DNA of 64,000 nucleotides from an uncultured Candidatus Saccharibacteria bacterium (GCA_964456855.1 CAYWCU010000002.1:792-64791), one strand, 5' to 3'. Positions 37,764-47,894 are shown, numbered from the stretch's first letter. Notes: generated by a model not told the origin, from the sequence alone. Made by a program: numbers and translations.

Positions 37764-39569
37764 ATGGAGGCAAAAAATATAAGAAATTTCAGCATAATAG
37801 CTCACATTGACCACGGGAAATCCACTTTGGCGGACAGGATTTTGGAATTGACCGGCACCATTGAAAAGAGGAAAATGCAGGAGCAGATTTTGGACCAAAT
37901 GGAATTGGAACGCGAAAGAGGAATCACGATTAAAATGCAGCCCGTGCGAATGAACTATCAGCTATCAGCTATCAGCTATCAGCTTAACCTGATTGACACC
38001 CCCGGGCATATTGATTTTTCTTACGAAGTTTCCCGCGCCTTGAAAGCCGTTGAAGGAGCCGTTCTTTTGGTGGATGCCACCCAGGGCGTGCAGGCGCAGA
38101 CAATCAGCAACGTGGAAATGGCGAAGTCAATGGGGCTGACAGTTATTCCCGTTCTTAATAAAATGGACCTTCCTTCCGCGAACGCCGAAGAATCCAGAGA
38201 GGAAATAAAACGGCTGTTGGAAGGAGAAGGCGCGGAAGAAATAAAAATAATGGAAATATCCGCAAAAACGGGACAAGGCGTGAAAGAACTGCTAGAGGAA
38301 ATAATCGCGCGCGTTCCTCCCCCGAAATACGAATACAAGGACAGGCCGAGGGCGCTTATTTTTGATTTTGAATATTCAAACCACCAAGGGGTAATCGTTT
38401 ACGCGAGAATTATGGACGGAAAAATCAAAAAAGGAGATGAGCTCATCCTCTCTCAAACGAAAGAAAAATTCATTGTCGGAGAAGTGGGAATATTCAGCCC
38501 GCAGAAAAAATCTTGTGATGAATTATCCGCCGGGGAAATAGGATATATAGTAACCAATGTTAAAAAACCGAGTATCGCCGCCGTCGGAGATACTCTTGTT
38601 TCGCCGACCAACCCCCTCCCTCCTTTGCCCGGATATTGCAAACCGAAACCAGTCGTTTGGGCGAGTGTTTATCCTGATTCGCAAAATGATTTTAACAACC
38701 TTCGCCAGGCATTGGAACGCTTAAGACTTTCGGACAGTTCCCTCGCCTTTGAGGAAGAAACGAGTGGCGCTTTGGGAAGAGGTTTCCGCTGTGGTTTCCT
38801 CGGAATGCTTCATCTTGAAATAATAACCGAACGGCTTAGGCGCGAATTCAATTTAAACATTATTATCGCCGCTCCAACCATCAGCTATAAAATCCTTTTC
38901 ACGGACGGAACTGAGAAAGAAATATATTCACCCACTTTTTTCCCGGACGAAAACAGGATAAAGAAAATTTTTGAACCTTGGGTTGATATGGAAATTATGA
39001 GCCCGCCCGAAAAACTCGGGCCAGTGATGCAGCTTCTGCACGAACACGAGGCGGAAGTCGGAGAAATGAAGCAATTCGGAAATCACCGGACAATTCTAAA
39101 CGTGAAAATGCCGTTACGGGAACTGATGAGGGGTTTTTTTGACGAACTCAAAAGCGCGACAGCCGGCTACGCATCATTGAATTATAAAATTAATGAAATG
39201 CGGGAAGCTCCAGTCGGCGGAATACTAAAAATGGAGGTGCTTGTCGCCGAAGAGCCGGTGCCGGCCTTCGCGCGAATCGTAAGTAAAAAGCGCGTGCAGA
39301 AAGAAGCGGAAGAAACGGTGGAGAAATTGAAAAATATTCTTCCCCGGACGCTTTTTTCAATCAAAATTCAGGCGAAAGCCATGGGCAAAATACTGGCATC
39401 AAGATCGCTAACGGCAATGAAAAAAAATGTTACCGCTCATCTTTACGGAGGGGATATAACGAGAAAAATGAAATTGAGAGAGAAACAAAAAAGAGGAAAG
39501 AAGCGTATGAAAGAAATGGGAAAAGTTAACATTCCTCAAGAAGTGTTTGTGAAAATGGTTCAAAAATAA
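37764..39569 (+). CDS. lepA: Translation elongation factor 4
   Basis: IRNFSIIAHIDHGKSTLADR, NLIDTPGH, GFRCGFLGMLHLEI, LYGGDITRK. Confidence 0.98.
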   Translation: MEAKNIRNFSIIAHIDHGKSTLADRILELTGTIEKRKMQEQILDQMELERERGITIKMQPVRMNYQLSAISYQLNLIDTPGHIDFSYEVSRALKAVEGAVLLVDATQGVQAQTISNVEMAKSMGLTVIPVLNKMDLPSANAEESREEIKRLLEGEGAEEIKIMEISAKTGQGVKELLEEIIARVPPPKYEYKDRPRALIFDFEYSNHQGVIVYARIMDGKIKKGDELILSQTKEKFIVGEVGIFSPQKKSCDELSAGEIGYIVTNVKKPSIAAVGDTLVSPTNPLPPLPGYCKPKPVVWASVYPDSQNDFNNLRQALERLRLSDSSLAFEEETSGALGRGFRCGFLGMLHLEIITERLRREFNLNIIIAAPTISYKILFTDGTEKEIYSPTFFPDENRIKKIFEPWVDMEIMSPPEKLGPVMQLLHEHEAEVGEMKQFGNHRTILNVKMPLRELMRGFFDELKSATAGYASLNYKINEMREAPVGGILKMEVLVAEEPVPAFARIVSKKRVQKEAEETVEKLKNILPRTLFSIKIQAKAMGKILASRSLTAMKKNVTAHLYGGDITRKMKLREKQKRGKKRMKEMGKVNIPQEVFVKMVQK

Positions 39570-39668
39570 CCAAGAAAAAATGTTGGGGAAATGGCGTAAA
39601 AAGCCTTTTTTGGGTTTATCCACAGGCGAAACCTGTTGATAAAAAAACAAGAGGAGTATAATGGAAGT

Positions 39669-40772
39669 ATGAACAAGGGAAAGGCAGAGAAAACAACAAA
39701 GAAAAAACGACCCAGCGCCATTAAGCTCGCGCGAAGCGCGAAGAATCCGATAATTTCTCCAAGAGGAGAAAATGTATGGGAAAACAGACAGACTCTTAAC
39801 CCAGGAGCAATCTTATTGTCCGGCAAAATTCATATTCTTTACAGAGCGATGGGAGACGATTGGCTTTCCCGTTTGGGATACGCCTCTTCCAAAGACGGCG
39901 TTACGATTGACGAACGATTGCTTTACCCAGCCTATGAACATAAAATTTCTCGTCCCGGCTTCAGTTTTTATTCTTGCTCATCGGGAGGCAGTTTCGGAGG
40001 CATTGAAGACCCCCGCCTTATTCGCGTGGGGAATGAAGATACCATACATATGATTTATACCGCTTGCGACGGAGGATTGCGAGTGGGTTTGACTTCTATA
40101 AAAGTGGATGATTTTCTCCAAAAGAAATGGAATTGGAAATCATCCAAAATAATTTCCAAACCGGGAGAGGTTCACAAAAACTGGGTTATTTTCCCAGAAA
40201 AAATAAAAGGAAAATACGCCATTCTTCATAGCATAAGTCCGGAGATTTTGGTGGATTATGTTGATGACTTGGATTTTAAAGACGGAGCGTATATTGAGAG
40301 TTTATGCGGGAACAGATTATATATGGAGGGGGCGAAAAGAATCAACTGCTGGGATAATTGGGTGAGAGGGGCGGGGGCACCGCCGATTAAGACTCGGCTT
40401 GGCTGGCTTCTCCTTTATCAGGCGATGGAGGAAAAAAGCCCTGATAAATTCAAAGTCGGAGCGATGGTTCTTGATTTGAAAGATCCAACCAAAATCCTTT
40501 ATCGCGCCAAAGAGCCTATCCTTGAACCCAAGGAAGCTTACGAAAATAACGGCTTTAAGTCGGGCGTGGTTTATGTGACCGGAGCGGTCGTAAAAAACGG
40601 CGAGCTCTTGGTTTATTACGGCGCCTCGGATAGTTATGTCGGTCTCGCCAAAGCCAATTTGGAAGAATTTTTGAAAGCGCTTTCAAAAGAGAAAAAATCA
40701 AAACCAAAACTCAAATCAAAGAAGAATGATGAGAAGACGAAGACGGAAAAAAAGAAAGGGAAGGTCAAATAA
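39669..40772 (+). CDS. GH130-like glycoside hydrolase/phosphorylase
   Basis: NPGA, ILYRA, GIEDPR, YTA, KNWVIFPEKI, YYGASD; likely start ATG 39669. Confidence 0.85.
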   Translation: MNKGKAEKTTKKKRPSAIKLARSAKNPIISPRGENVWENRQTLNPGAILLSGKIHILYRAMGDDWLSRLGYASSKDGVTIDERLLYPAYEHKISRPGFSFYSCSSGGSFGGIEDPRLIRVGNEDTIHMIYTACDGGLRVGLTSIKVDDFLQKKWNWKSSKIISKPGEVHKNWVIFPEKIKGKYAILHSISPEILVDYVDDLDFKDGAYIESLCGNRLYMEGAKRINCWDNWVRGAGAPPIKTRLGWLLLYQAMEEKSPDKFKVGAMVLDLKDPTKILYRAKEPILEPKEAYENNGFKSGVVYVTGAVVKNGELLVYYGASDSYVGLAKANLEEFLKALSKEKKSKPKLKSKKNDEKTKTEKKKGKVK

Positions 40773-40773
40773 T

Positions 40774-42696
40774 ATGATTATTGAAAGGTATAAAAAAAAT
40801 CCGATACTGACGCCGAACAGCGACCAATCGTGGGAGGCGGAGGCTGTCTTTAATGGTTGTCCGGCTGTAAAGGGTGATAAAACCTTTCTCCTTTACCGCG
40901 CCATTTCTCTCCCCCATTATCATATGGTGGCAAAAACAAGACTTACCGTTTCAGACATCGGAATCGCGGAAAGCAAAGATGGCATCAATTTTACAAACCG
41001 AAGAAGATTCATTATTCCGGAACAGGAATGGGAAAAATTCGGATGCGAAGACCCTCGGGTAACAAAACTGGGCAGTAAGTATTATATCTTTTACACGGCT
41101 CTTTCAGGGTGGCCGCCAAACGCGGAGAGCATCAAAGTAGGACTCGCCATCAGCAAGGACTTGGAGACAATATCCGAGAAACACCTCGTTACACCCTTTA
41201 ACGCCAAGGCAATGGCACTTTTTCCCGAAAAGATTAACGGAAAAATATGGGCGGTTTTGACGGCAAACACCGACCAACCCCCGGCAAAAGTGTGCCTCGC
41301 CTCTTTCAACAAAGAGGAAGACATTTATTCCGAGAAACTCTGGAGCAAATGGTATCAAAATATTGATAAACACGCATTGCCGCTTCAAAGACGACCGCAA
41401 GATCTGGTTGAGGTCGGCGCTCCGCCGATAAAAACAAAATGGGGATGGCTTTTGATTTATTCTCACATCAAAAATTACTATTCAGACAAGAGACTTTTCG
41501 GAATAGAAGCGGTGTTGCTTGATTTGAAAAATCCGCGCAAAATCATCGCTCAAACCGACTTCCCCTTTCTTTATCCGGAAGAATATTACGAAAAACACGG
41601 CATGGTGCCGAATGTCATTTTTCCATCAGGGGCATTGTTGAAAAAAAACAGAATTTTCCTTTATTATGGGTCAGCCGACACCAGTTGCTCATTGGCTTTT
41701 ATTGAAGCGAAAGCCTTTATTGAAAAATTCGTTAAAAAGGACATCGTCTTGACGAAATTGAAAAGGGCAAAGGGAAACCCGATTATAATTCCGAATGAAA
41801 ACCACCCGTGGGAAGCGAAAGCGACCTTTAATCCCGCGGCAATCTACCTTGGCGGGGATGTTCACATCCTCTATAGAGCGATGGGAGAGGAAAACACTTC
41901 CGTCTTCGGCTACGCTCGGAGCCGGGATGGTGTTCACATTGATTACCGTTCGGAAGAACCCGCCTATGTTCCAAGAGAGCCGTTTGAAGAGAAACTCCAG
42001 CCGGGAGGAAATTCGGGCTGCGAAGATCCTCGCCTCGTAAAACTGGGAAATAAAATATATGTATTCTACACCGCCTATGATGGGAAAAATCCTCCGCGCG
42101 TAGCTTTAAGTTGGATTACCTCAACCGATTTTCTGAAGCAAAAATGGAACTGGTCCCGTCCAACCCTTATTTCCCCTCCCGGTATTGACGACAAAGACTC
42201 GGCGATGTTTCCGGAAAAAATCAAAGGTAAATATTTGATAATTCATCGCAGTGGAGACGATATTGACCTTTCTTTCAATAAAAGTTTGGAATTTGACGGA
42301 ACCCACTGGCTGGAAGAATACCGCTGGCTGATGCCGAGAAGAGGGTGGTGGGACTCCAGAAGGGTGGGGATTGCCGCTTCTCCGATTAAAACCGCCACCG
42401 GATGGCTCCTGCTTTACCACGGGATTTCTGAAGACGACGGAGTTTACCGCGTCGGAGCGGTGCTCACCGATTTACGCGATCCTATAAAAATCATCAGCCG
42501 CACGGATTATCCGATTTTTGAACCGGAAGCCGATTATGAAAAGGAGGGGTTGGTCAATAATGTTGTTTTTCCTTGCGGGGCGGCGCTAATCGGCAAAGAA
42601 CTGTTTGTTTATTACGGAGCAGCCGACAAAGTAACGGGTGTGGCGTCGGTAAACATTAATAAGCTTCTTGATATCCTTAAATTATGCAAATGCTAA
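40774..42696 (+). CDS. Tandem two-domain GH130-like glycosidase/phosphorylase
   Basis: Two repeats of FN..A/LYRA/GCEDPR/FYTA/FPEKI/NV.FP.G/YYG.AD; likely start ATG 40774. Confidence 0.88.
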   Translation: MIIERYKKNPILTPNSDQSWEAEAVFNGCPAVKGDKTFLLYRAISLPHYHMVAKTRLTVSDIGIAESKDGINFTNRRRFIIPEQEWEKFGCEDPRVTKLGSKYYIFYTALSGWPPNAESIKVGLAISKDLETISEKHLVTPFNAKAMALFPEKINGKIWAVLTANTDQPPAKVCLASFNKEEDIYSEKLWSKWYQNIDKHALPLQRRPQDLVEVGAPPIKTKWGWLLIYSHIKNYYSDKRLFGIEAVLLDLKNPRKIIAQTDFPFLYPEEYYEKHGMVPNVIFPSGALLKKNRIFLYYGSADTSCSLAFIEAKAFIEKFVKKDIVLTKLKRAKGNPIIIPNENHPWEAKATFNPAAIYLGGDVHILYRAMGEENTSVFGYARSRDGVHIDYRSEEPAYVPREPFEEKLQPGGNSGCEDPRLVKLGNKIYVFYTAYDGKNPPRVALSWITSTDFLKQKWNWSRPTLISPPGIDDKDSAMFPEKIKGKYLIIHRSGDDIDLSFNKSLEFDGTHWLEEYRWLMPRRGWWDSRRVGIAASPIKTATGWLLLYHGISEDDGVYRVGAVLTDLRDPIKIISRTDYPIFEPEADYEKEGLVNNVVFPCGAALIGKELFVYYGAADKVTGVASVNINKLLDILKLCKC

Positions 42697-43055
42697 ACAA
42701 AACAAAACAATCAAAGGAGTTTGAGTTGGTTAAAAAACCGTGGGGCGCTTACTTGATTTTGGAAAAACATCCGGACTATTGGATTAAAAAACTTTTTGTA
42801 AATGAGGGGGAAGAATTAAGCCTTCAAAGCCATAAAGAAAGAGATGAAATATGGATGGTTCTAAGAGGAAAAATTGACGCCCTGAGGGGAAGCAAACACT
42901 TTATCCTGAAAGAAGGAGATTTCATAAAAATAAACAAAAGGGAAAAGCACAGGATTCTCGGCCTGAAAAAATCATGTGTTATGGAGGTGGCTTTTGGGAG
43001 ACCAAGAGAAAGAGACATTATCCGTTATAAAGATAAATACGGCAGGATTAAATAA
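42684..43055 (+). CDS. Cupin protein, type II phosphomannose isomerase C-terminal-like
   Basis: KPWG.Y, LSLQSH..RDE.W, KHRI, DIIRY.D.YGR. Confidence 0.85.
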   Translation: MQMLNKTKQSKEFELVKKPWGAYLILEKHPDYWIKKLFVNEGEELSLQSHKERDEIWMVLRGKIDALRGSKHFILKEGDFIKINKREKHRILGLKKSCVMEVAFGRPRERDIIRYKDKYGRIK

Positions 43056-43213
43056 TCGCGAGAATGGGCGGAAAAGCGCCCAAAGAACTAAAAAAGAGGG
43101 GCGATTAAGAAAAGAACCATACCGACTACAGCGAGAAGGCTCACCGCCGTCCAGATAAATTGGTATCTTCTTTTTTGCCTTTTTGTTTTCATAAAAGTTA
43201 TAATACTCCTTAT

Positions 43214-43603
43214 ATGCGAGAATTTCAAGAGAGAAAAAAAATACAAAAAAAAATCTTTTCACCTTTTGCGCTTGCGGCTCTTTTAATTCTCTTTCTTTTT
43301 TTGACCGTCTCAACGGCAAAAATGTATTTAAAGAGAAGAGCGGCGGCGGAAAAAAACAGAATAACCGAACGGCAACTTGTTGAAATCAAAGAAAAGAACG
43401 CGGAAATGAAAAAAGAAATAGAGCGCCTGCGAAGCGATTTTGGGAAGGAAGCGGAAATACGGAAAAAATTTAATGTTCAAAAACCGGGCGAGAAAGTAAT
43501 TGTGATAGTGGACAAAGTGCCGGAAAAAGATAAAATAAATCCAGAGAAAAAAGAGAGCGGTTTTTTCTCGGGCATTTTCAGAGCGATAAAAAATATATTT
43601 TAG
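43214..43603 (+). CDS. Septum formation initiator (FtsB/DivIC-like)
   Basis: TM helix, coiled coil, E.EIRKKFNVQKPGEKVIVI; likely start ATG 43214. Confidence 0.8.
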   Translation: MREFQERKKIQKKIFSPFALAALLILFLFLTVSTAKMYLKRRAAAEKNRITERQLVEIKEKNAEMKKEIERLRSDFGKEAEIRKKFNVQKPGEKVIVIVDKVPEKDKINPEKKESGFFSGIFRAIKNIF

Positions 43604-43676
43604 CGGGATTAGTTTAGTGGCAGAATACGACCTTCCCAAGGTTGAGGCACGGGTTCGATTCCCGTATCCCGCACCA
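43603..43676 (+). tRNA. tRNA-Gly (CCC)
   Basis: Acceptor GCGGGAT/ATCCCGC, anticodon arm CGACC-TTCCCAA-GGTTG, T-loop GGTTCGATTCC, encoded CCA. Confidence 0.96.
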
Positions 43677-43968
43677 GAATAGAACTCGTCCGCGCCACTC
43701 TCGCCTCGCTCTACTCGGCGAGCCACAAAAAAACAAAATTTGCCTTTTCACCACAGGCACTGCGTTTTGTATTCAATCTTGAACAAAACGGGAGCCTTTT
43801 TCAAAAAAAATTGGGGGGCGAAAAAAAGGATAAAAACGCAAAGGCAAAATTTTGGTTTTTGTGGATTCGCTATGAGTGTTATTAAAGAAAGTAGTTTTTT
43901 GAAAATGTTAGAATATGTTATACTATCAGAATAGTAGAAAGAGAATATATTTTTTATCTAAAATACTT

Positions 43969-44166
43969 ATGTCCAACATTTCAAAAAATTTACGAAAAGC
44001 AAGAGAGAAAAAAGGTTTGTCGCAGGAGCGATTGGCACGGTTGGCAGATGTTGCTAATAACACCATAATCAAACTTGAGGCGGGCAAAAATCAAAATCCC
44101 ACGCTGGATACTTTGCAAAAAGTATCCAGAGCATTAGAAATGAGTGTTGATAATTTAATTAAATAA
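43969..44166 (+). CDS. XRE-family HTH regulator (controller-like)
   Basis: LRKAREKKGLSQERLA..NPTLDTLQKVSRAL; likely start ATG 43969. Confidence 0.9.
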   Translation: MSNISKNLRKAREKKGLSQERLARLADVANNTIIKLEAGKNQNPTLDTLQKVSRALEMSVDNLIK

Positions 44167-44170
44167 TATT

Positions 44171-45052
44171 ATGACAAACAAAACATTAGATAAAAAAGAA
44201 GCAATAAAGTCTATAGTTAGAACAGCTGTCGAAGCTTACGCAACAGGATTTCAAGCTCGGCACGAAGGCGAGATTGATAACCCCAATGGAGTTATCAATA
44301 TGAAAATTCATAATGTTTTTATTGCCGCACTTGGTAAAGATATTCAATATTATTCTGCTCTCGTGCGTTCTCTTGATAGTTCGCTTGGAAACATGCTTGA
44401 GGGAATGGCTATAAATATTGCAAAACTTTTTTACGAAGTAAACAAAAGTGTTGAAGGAAATTTATATCCAGAACAAACATCAAAAATTGCTGAATTGTTA
44501 GAAGCATACAAAAATACAAAAAATCCTCTCAAGCCATTACTTTCACATTATGATGAAATACGAAAAATAAAACCTAACCCAAAATCTAAAATTCAAACCA
44601 AAGTCCATGTTAGCGATTATTATTTAATTGATAAAGAAACAAACACTCATCACTTGATTGAATTAAAAATTGGCGGAGATTTAGATAATAAAAAAGCGCG
44701 TTCTGAAAAAGAAGCAATTTTTGAGCAATATGCGATATTGTCAAACTCTTTAGATAAAAATGCAAAAATAAAAGCGCACTTCGCAACTGCTTATAATAGA
44801 TTTGGAGAAAATAGCGAATGGAAACAAGGAAGAGTTTTACAATTCTTTTCAAAAGACGAACTTTTGATTGGAAAAGATTTTTGGAATTTTGTTTGCAAGT
44901 CTGATGATGGTTATGATTTAGTTTTGGGTGTGTATAAAGAGGCAGTGAAAAATTTAAAATATAAAAAAGTTGATGATAATTTACATATTTTTGAAGAATT
45001 TAACAACATATCTTATTTTTTCAACAATAAATTTGAACCAATAACTATATAA
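44171..45052 (+). CDS. Type II restriction endonuclease (TdeIII-like PD-(D/E)xK)
   Basis: RSLDSSLG, SDYY..IELKIGGDLDNKK, YN, LIGKDFWNFVC. Confidence 0.75.
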   Translation: MTNKTLDKKEAIKSIVRTAVEAYATGFQARHEGEIDNPNGVINMKIHNVFIAALGKDIQYYSALVRSLDSSLGNMLEGMAINIAKLFYEVNKSVEGNLYPEQTSKIAELLEAYKNTKNPLKPLLSHYDEIRKIKPNPKSKIQTKVHVSDYYLIDKETNTHHLIELKIGGDLDNKKARSEKEAIFEQYAILSNSLDKNAKIKAHFATAYNRFGENSEWKQGRVLQFFSKDELLIGKDFWNFVCKSDDGYDLVLGVYKEAVKNLKYKKVDDNLHIFEEFNNISYFFNNKFEPITI

Positions 45053-45059
45053 AAATAAT

Positions 45060-45710
45060 ATGACAAAAGTTGAAGCAATAAAAAAATTACTTGAAGATAA
45101 CGGAGGCATCGCCACTTGGGAGATTATTTATAATGAAATTGAAAAATATTACCCAACAGCAAAAGTGTCTCGAGAGTGGCAAGCAGGAATTCGCGGTGTT
45201 TTATATCGTGAAATTAAAAACAATAGAACTTTTAAGAAAATAGGAGAAGGGACTTTTGCTCTTTTAGATTATGATGAAAGTAGTTTAATTCTTCCAGAGG
45301 AAAAATTAGAAGGTAAAACAACAACAAAAGATGTCATTACAAAAATAAGGATTGGTCAAGCACAATTTAGAAAGAAATTGATTTTAAGTTTGAAAAGATG
45401 TCCTATTACAAAAATTGATGATCCCAGAATATTGAACGCAAGTCATATAAAACCATGGGTAATGTCAGACAATAAAGAAAGATTAGATACAAAAAATGGT
45501 TTTCTGTTTAGTCCAACTTTTGATAAATTGTTTGATAGAGGATTTATAACATTTTCAAATAACAAAGAAATTATAATTTCTGTAACACTTGCACAAAAAA
45601 ATATTGATAGATTAAATATATTTTCAGGACAACGATTTGAAGATTTGCCAGTTGCTGGTAGAGAAGAATATTTAGAGTACCACCGAAATAAGATTTTTTT
45701 GCATGCTTAG
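45060..45710 (+). CDS. HNH endonuclease with N-terminal winged-helix-like domain
   Basis: RIGQAQFR, CPIT, ASHIKPW, NGFLF, DKLFDRGFITF, YLEYHR. Confidence 0.88.
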   Translation: MTKVEAIKKLLEDNGGIATWEIIYNEIEKYYPTAKVSREWQAGIRGVLYREIKNNRTFKKIGEGTFALLDYDESSLILPEEKLEGKTTTKDVITKIRIGQAQFRKKLILSLKRCPITKIDDPRILNASHIKPWVMSDNKERLDTKNGFLFSPTFDKLFDRGFITFSNNKEIIISVTLAQKNIDRLNIFSGQRFEDLPVAGREEYLEYHRNKIFLHA

Positions 45711-45723
45711 TAATATATAACTT

Positions 45724-46551
45724 ATGAAAAAAGAATTTATCGTAAAAAATGTAAATATAAATTTTTTCTCTCAAAAAGAGGAAGATTTTATTTCGCTGAC
45801 TGATATTGCGAAATACAAGAACGCAGAAGCCCCTGCTGATGTGGTAAAAAATTGGCTTAGATCAAAAAATACCATTGAATTTCTTGGTTTTTGGGAAAAA
45901 ATTAATAATCCAAATTTTAAACTGGTCGAATTTGACCAGTTTTGGAAAAATGCTGGAACAAATGCTTTTGTTCTTTCTCCTAGCAAGTGGATAAGCACCA
46001 CAAACGCGATTGGTCTTATTTCAAAATCTGGAAGAAATGGTGGAACTTTTGCTCACAAAGATATTGCTTTTAAATTTGCATCTTGGATTTCTGCAGAATT
46101 TGAGTTGTATATAATTAAAGAATTTCAAAGACTTAAAGAAGATGAAAATGAACGATTACTACTTGGTTGGGATGCAAAACGAACACTAACAAAAATAAAT
46201 TATAAAATTCATACTGATGCGATAAAAAAGCATATTATTCCTCAATTAGTCACAAAAAAGGAAACTAAATTTATTTATGCAAATGAAGCCGATGTTTTAA
46301 ATGTCGCTCTTTTTGGAATGACAGCCAAACAATGGCGAGAGAAAAACAAAGGCAAAAAAGGTAATGTCCGTGATGAAGCAAATGTATATCAACTTGTTTG
46401 TTTGGCTAATTTGGAAAGTATGAATGCCGAACTTATTCGACAAGGAATTTCACAACCTGAAAGATTGAAACAATTAAATAAAATAGCAATTATTCAAATG
46501 CAGTCACTTGTTGAAAATAAAACTGTTAAAAAACTTTCATCTAGAAATTAA
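45724..46551 (+). CDS. KilA-N domain DNA-binding protein
   Basis: FISLTDIAK, NWLR, GRNGGTFAHKDIAFKFASWIS. Confidence 0.92.
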   Translation: MKKEFIVKNVNINFFSQKEEDFISLTDIAKYKNAEAPADVVKNWLRSKNTIEFLGFWEKINNPNFKLVEFDQFWKNAGTNAFVLSPSKWISTTNAIGLISKSGRNGGTFAHKDIAFKFASWISAEFELYIIKEFQRLKEDENERLLLGWDAKRTLTKINYKIHTDAIKKHIIPQLVTKKETKFIYANEADVLNVALFGMTAKQWREKNKGKKGNVRDEANVYQLVCLANLESMNAELIRQGISQPERLKQLNKIAIIQMQSLVENKTVKKLSSRN

Positions 46552-46572
46552 GGATGTTTAATTTAAAAATAA

Positions 46573-46851
46573 ATGAAAGATACAGATTGGATTTTTGGAC
46601 TTTGCAAAGGCAAAGAAAGATTGAAAGATGAAAATGGAATAAAAGCACACCCTACACAAAAACCGCTAAAACTCATTCAGCAAGTTTTGCTTTCTGCAAG
46701 TAATAAGGGCGACATAGTTTTTGACCCATTTATGGGAAGTGGCACAACTGCGATTGTTGCCGAAGCACTTGGGCGAAAATGGTTTGGAATTGAGAAAGAT
46801 AAAAAATATGTCGCACTTGCCGAAAAAAGAATAGAATTTATAAAAAAATAA
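46573..46851 (+). pseudogene. C-terminal fragment of an N6/N4 DNA methyltransferase (CcrM/M.HinfI-like)
   Basis: DW...LC.G.ERLKD..G.KAHPTQKP, DPFMGSGTT; only 92 aa, catalytic DPPY motif absent. Confidence 0.8.
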
Positions 46852-46853
46852 TT

Positions 46854-47894
46854 ATGACAGAAGATTTTCCAAATTTAGATATCTATAGAAAAATCTTTAC
46901 TTTTCATGACTCTATTGTGAATAGAATTGTTTCAAGAGAAAGTAGTTGGCTTGAATTTAAAGAATCATTTAACTGGGGCTCTAAGGATAGATATGCAAAA
47001 AGTATAGCCGCTTTTGCCAATAATAAAGGTGGTTATATCGTATTTGGAATAAAAGATTTACCTCGTGATTTAGTTGGATTGCAAAGTAAAAATTTTGAAA
47101 CAATTGACGAAGCAAAAATAACAGACTACCTAAATAGTGTTTTTGCGCCAGAAATAATATTTAGTAAATTTGTAATAAAACTAAAATCTAAAGAAATTGG
47201 TATTTTACAAATTTTAGAAACTACTAACAAACCGTTAGTTTGTCTGAAAAATGACGGTGTGTTAAAAGAGGCAGAAATATATTATCGTTATAATTCAAGA
47301 AGTGAAAAAATAAAGTATCCAGAACTTATAGAATTATTTGAGCAAGTAAGAAAAGACGAGAGAAAAAGTTGGATGGAACATTTTGAAAAGATATCGAAAA
47401 TTGGTCCAGAAAATACTGCAATATTTGATACCATTAGCGGTAAAATAAGTGGTAAAAGTGGTACGCTTATTATAGATAAAAAACTTATCCCAAAATTAAA
47501 ATTTATTAACGAAGGAAAGTTTCGTGAGCATGGTAAACCTGTACTGAAATTAGTCGGTAGTGTAAAACCAGTCCTTATGACCAATAAAGCTAACAATGTT
47601 GGATTTCAGATAACGAATGATTTAAGAGCTCCAAAAGTTAGACTTGTCGAAGAAGAAATATTAAAAACAAAATATCCGTTTGACTATAATGAGCTCACAA
47701 TGAAATTGATTGCGAGATATGCTGATTTTGTACGAAATGCCAAATATCATAAATTACGAAAACGATTTATGAAAAATGAGAATTTATGTAAGACGCGATA
47801 TCTTGACCCAAAAAATTTAAAGGGTAGTAAAAAAGATTTTTATAGTCCTAAAATAATACAAGGATTTGATAAACATTATCAAAAGAGAAAATAA
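46854..47894 (+). CDS. Schlafen/AlbA_2 domain protein with C-terminal extension
   Basis: RESSWLEFKES, IAAFANNKGGYIVFGIKD, IYYRY. Confidence 0.82.
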   Translation: MTEDFPNLDIYRKIFTFHDSIVNRIVSRESSWLEFKESFNWGSKDRYAKSIAAFANNKGGYIVFGIKDLPRDLVGLQSKNFETIDEAKITDYLNSVFAPEIIFSKFVIKLKSKEIGILQILETTNKPLVCLKNDGVLKEAEIYYRYNSRSEKIKYPELIELFEQVRKDERKSWMEHFEKISKIGPENTAIFDTISGKISGKSGTLIIDKKLIPKLKFINEGKFREHGKPVLKLVGSVKPVLMTNKANNVGFQITNDLRAPKVRLVEEEILKTKYPFDYNELTMKLIARYADFVRNAKYHKLRKRFMKNENLCKTRYLDPKNLKGSKKDFYSPKIIQGFDKHYQKRK

